Origin: Oculatellaceae cyanobacterium bins.114
GTDB taxonomy: Bacteria; Cyanobacteriota; Cyanobacteriia; Elainellales; Elainellaceae
Direction: 5' to 3'
Length of the DNA stretch: 64,000 nucleotides
NCBI GenBank assembly: GCA_033764315.1
Contig: JANRJA010000212.1
Span: forward strand, 1-64,000
A program made the translations under genes and the position numbers. This document shows, one piece after another, positions 62,193 to 64,000 of the stretch (within the stretch, counting starts at the first letter, position 1; each line of letters opens with the position of its first letter). The notes under the pieces were generated by a model. The model did not search any database and was not told the origin of the DNA. It was given only the letters and a program-made list of their open reading frames with translations.

Positions 62193-63545
62193 GTGACCTC
62201 AACTGCTCATCAACATGCCGTTGGTATTTTCCCCGATCGCCCAAGCACAGCCTCTGCGCTACAAACTTTACAAGATGCTGGCTTTCCTCGGCGGCGGATG
62301 ACGGTGGTTGCCAGAGATGCTCAACAGCAAAGTGCGATCGCCGGAGTACCAGTGCAAAGCCACATCAGTAACCGGGCAGGTCAAGGGGCAGCCGCAGGAG
62401 CTTTAACCTTTGGAGTGCTCGGTGGGGCAGCAGGCTTAGCCACCGGATTAGGGTTAATTACCATTCCAGCATTGGCTCCTCTTTTAGGACTGACACAGGG
62501 TCTATTTGTCAGTGAGGCCGCGGGTGCTGTAACAGCTTTAGCAGGGGCGGCTGTTGGGGCAACGGCGGGTGGTCTGCTGGGAGGATTGATTGGCTTAGGG
62601 ATTCCTGAGAATCGTGCCCGACAATATCGCGATCGCGTCGAGCGAGGAGATTATCTGATTCTCCTGAATGGCACTCGAACTGAAATTCAACGAGCAGATG
62701 CCATGCTTCAACAGCAAGGAATACAAGATTTAGGCATCTATGATGTGCCTCAGACTATAGAGCGTCCTTTAGAAGCACCCATTCCAGTTAAGTCAATCGA
62801 CTCGGTAAGTGATGCTCAACCCACCAGCACAGCTACGTTACTCCAACTAGATCCACCTGTCGTTAATCCAGTCGTTAATTCAGTTGCCAATCCAATGGCT
62901 CCTCCAGTGGCTGATGTGCCTCCTGCACCGCCATTGCGATCGCCCCACAGAGAGAACAGTTTTGCAACACCTAACCCCATTCCCCCTGGTCGCCCATTGC
63001 GCGATCCTCCGGTGCGGTCGGCTTACCCAGAAAAACGATTAATCGGGACATTTGCCACCGCTCAATTGATGGAGCAAGCCTTAAATGCGTTAAAAAATGC
63101 TCGCTTCCCTATGTATAAGATTTCAGTAGTGGCGCGAGACACTGACACGATCCTTCAGTTAGATGAGCACCCAATGGCAACCCCTGCGGTAGAAACGACT
63201 CCGGCATCGGGCACTGGGCTGAACGGAATTACGGGTCTAATGGTCGGTTTACAGCGATTAAACATTCCAGGACAGGGACAGTTTTTAGTCATTGGAGGTG
63301 ATGCTCAGGCGTTGACTCACTCTCAAACCTCCCACAAGCCCAACGACTTAGTGCAAGCCCTGATTGGGTTAGGAATTTCAGAAACAGATGCTCGACTGTT
63401 TGGCGATCGCCTCAGTCATGGAGCAAGTCTGGTCATGATTCGAGGGGTTGGTGGTGAGACATTACATGCCACCTCAATCTTGAGCCAACATGGGCTACAA
63501 GACTGGTGCATTTATGATGTCCGCGATTTAGCCTCCACGCGTTAA
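62193..63545 (+). CDS. General stress protein-like membrane protein with duplicated domain
   Basis: AVG.F..AL..L..AGF..VVARD..Gly-zipper..LIGLGI.E..A unit present twice; probable GTG at 62193. Confidence 0.75.
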   Translation: MTSTAHQHAVGIFPDRPSTASALQTLQDAGFPRRRMTVVARDAQQQSAIAGVPVQSHISNRAGQGAAAGALTFGVLGGAAGLATGLGLITIPALAPLLGLTQGLFVSEAAGAVTALAGAAVGATAGGLLGGLIGLGIPENRARQYRDRVERGDYLILLNGTRTEIQRADAMLQQQGIQDLGIYDVPQTIERPLEAPIPVKSIDSVSDAQPTSTATLLQLDPPVVNPVVNSVANPMAPPVADVPPAPPLRSPHRENSFATPNPIPPGRPLRDPPVRSAYPEKRLIGTFATAQLMEQALNALKNARFPMYKISVVARDTDTILQLDEHPMATPAVETTPASGTGLNGITGLMVGLQRLNIPGQGQFLVIGGDAQALTHSQTSHKPNDLVQALIGLGISETDARLFGDRLSHGASLVMIRGVGGETLHATSILSQHGLQDWCIYDVRDLASTR

Positions 63546-63601
63546 TCTGTTTTTTGGATTGATGGGTAAACGTCTACGGAGGAAGCCCCTGCTTTGCCTG
63601 C

Positions 63602-63952
63602 CTAACTCACGCGCACATTTGCCCAATAGACTTGAAACAGAGTCATAATGGCGATCGCACCAATTAACTGCACGAACAAAGGGGCGATCGCAAACCCGAT
63701 AAAAAAGCAGGCTGTGCCAATAATTAGCGTCATCAAGCTAAATACCTCTTCTAACCAAAAACCTCTAGAGCGTTGCAAAAACAGGCTAAGACCAGCAATA
63801 CCAATCACTAACAAAATTAAATAAAGCGGGATCAAGAGCGAGGTCGCATATAGAACTGCATATACAGGAACCGCAAGAATCAGTGTTGCTAAGAACGCAT
63901 AGAGAGGCATGACGGTTCTCCGAAGGTTAATTGAGAGAAAATTAAGTGACAA
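63602..63952 (-). CDS. Hypothetical membrane protein
   Basis: Highly hydrophobic ORF with about 4 TM helices; ATG at 63910 is a possible start. Confidence 0.6.
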   Translation of the reverse strand: MSLNFLSINLRRTVMPLYAFLATLILAVPVYAVLYATSLLIPLYLILLVIGIAGLSLFLQRSRGFWLEEVFSLMTLIIGTACFFIGFAIAPLFVQLIGAIAIMTLFQVYWANVRVS

Positions 63953-64000
63953 GATAATTATTCAAAATAGACTGCCTTTTAGAAGTGATAGTAAGGGGGG

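Overview
Chromosomal window from a cyanobacterium. HIP1 octamers (GCGATCGC) are very dense, and the tmRNA tag ANNIVPFARKAVAIA, nblR, ycf54, argZ and a Tab2-family gene are present; the style suggests a filamentous Leptolyngbya/Oculatella-like strain (inference). The first 10 kb is a nitrogen locus: an AmtB-type transporter divergent from an atypical second PII (GlnK-like) gene, an Amt1-type transporter, each with a perfect NtcA box, and an argZ - OleC-like adenylation enzyme - cupin run. The middle is mostly housekeeping, envelope and signalling genes (ssrA, mrdA, scpB, htrA-like, nblR, alaS). About 44.3-52.5 kb is a small accessory/defence-like patch: truncated caspase, tricorn protease, NERD nuclease, ABC/AAA-ATPase + TOPRIM-like DUF3226 pair, AbrB-VapC toxin-antitoxin pair whose toxin start codon is replaced by a HIP1 site, and DUF29. 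Intergenic regions carry several families of stacked MITE/REP-like repeats. No CRISPR array, rRNA, tRNA, integrase or transposase was seen. All protein calls come from motif recognition by eye, not database searches.
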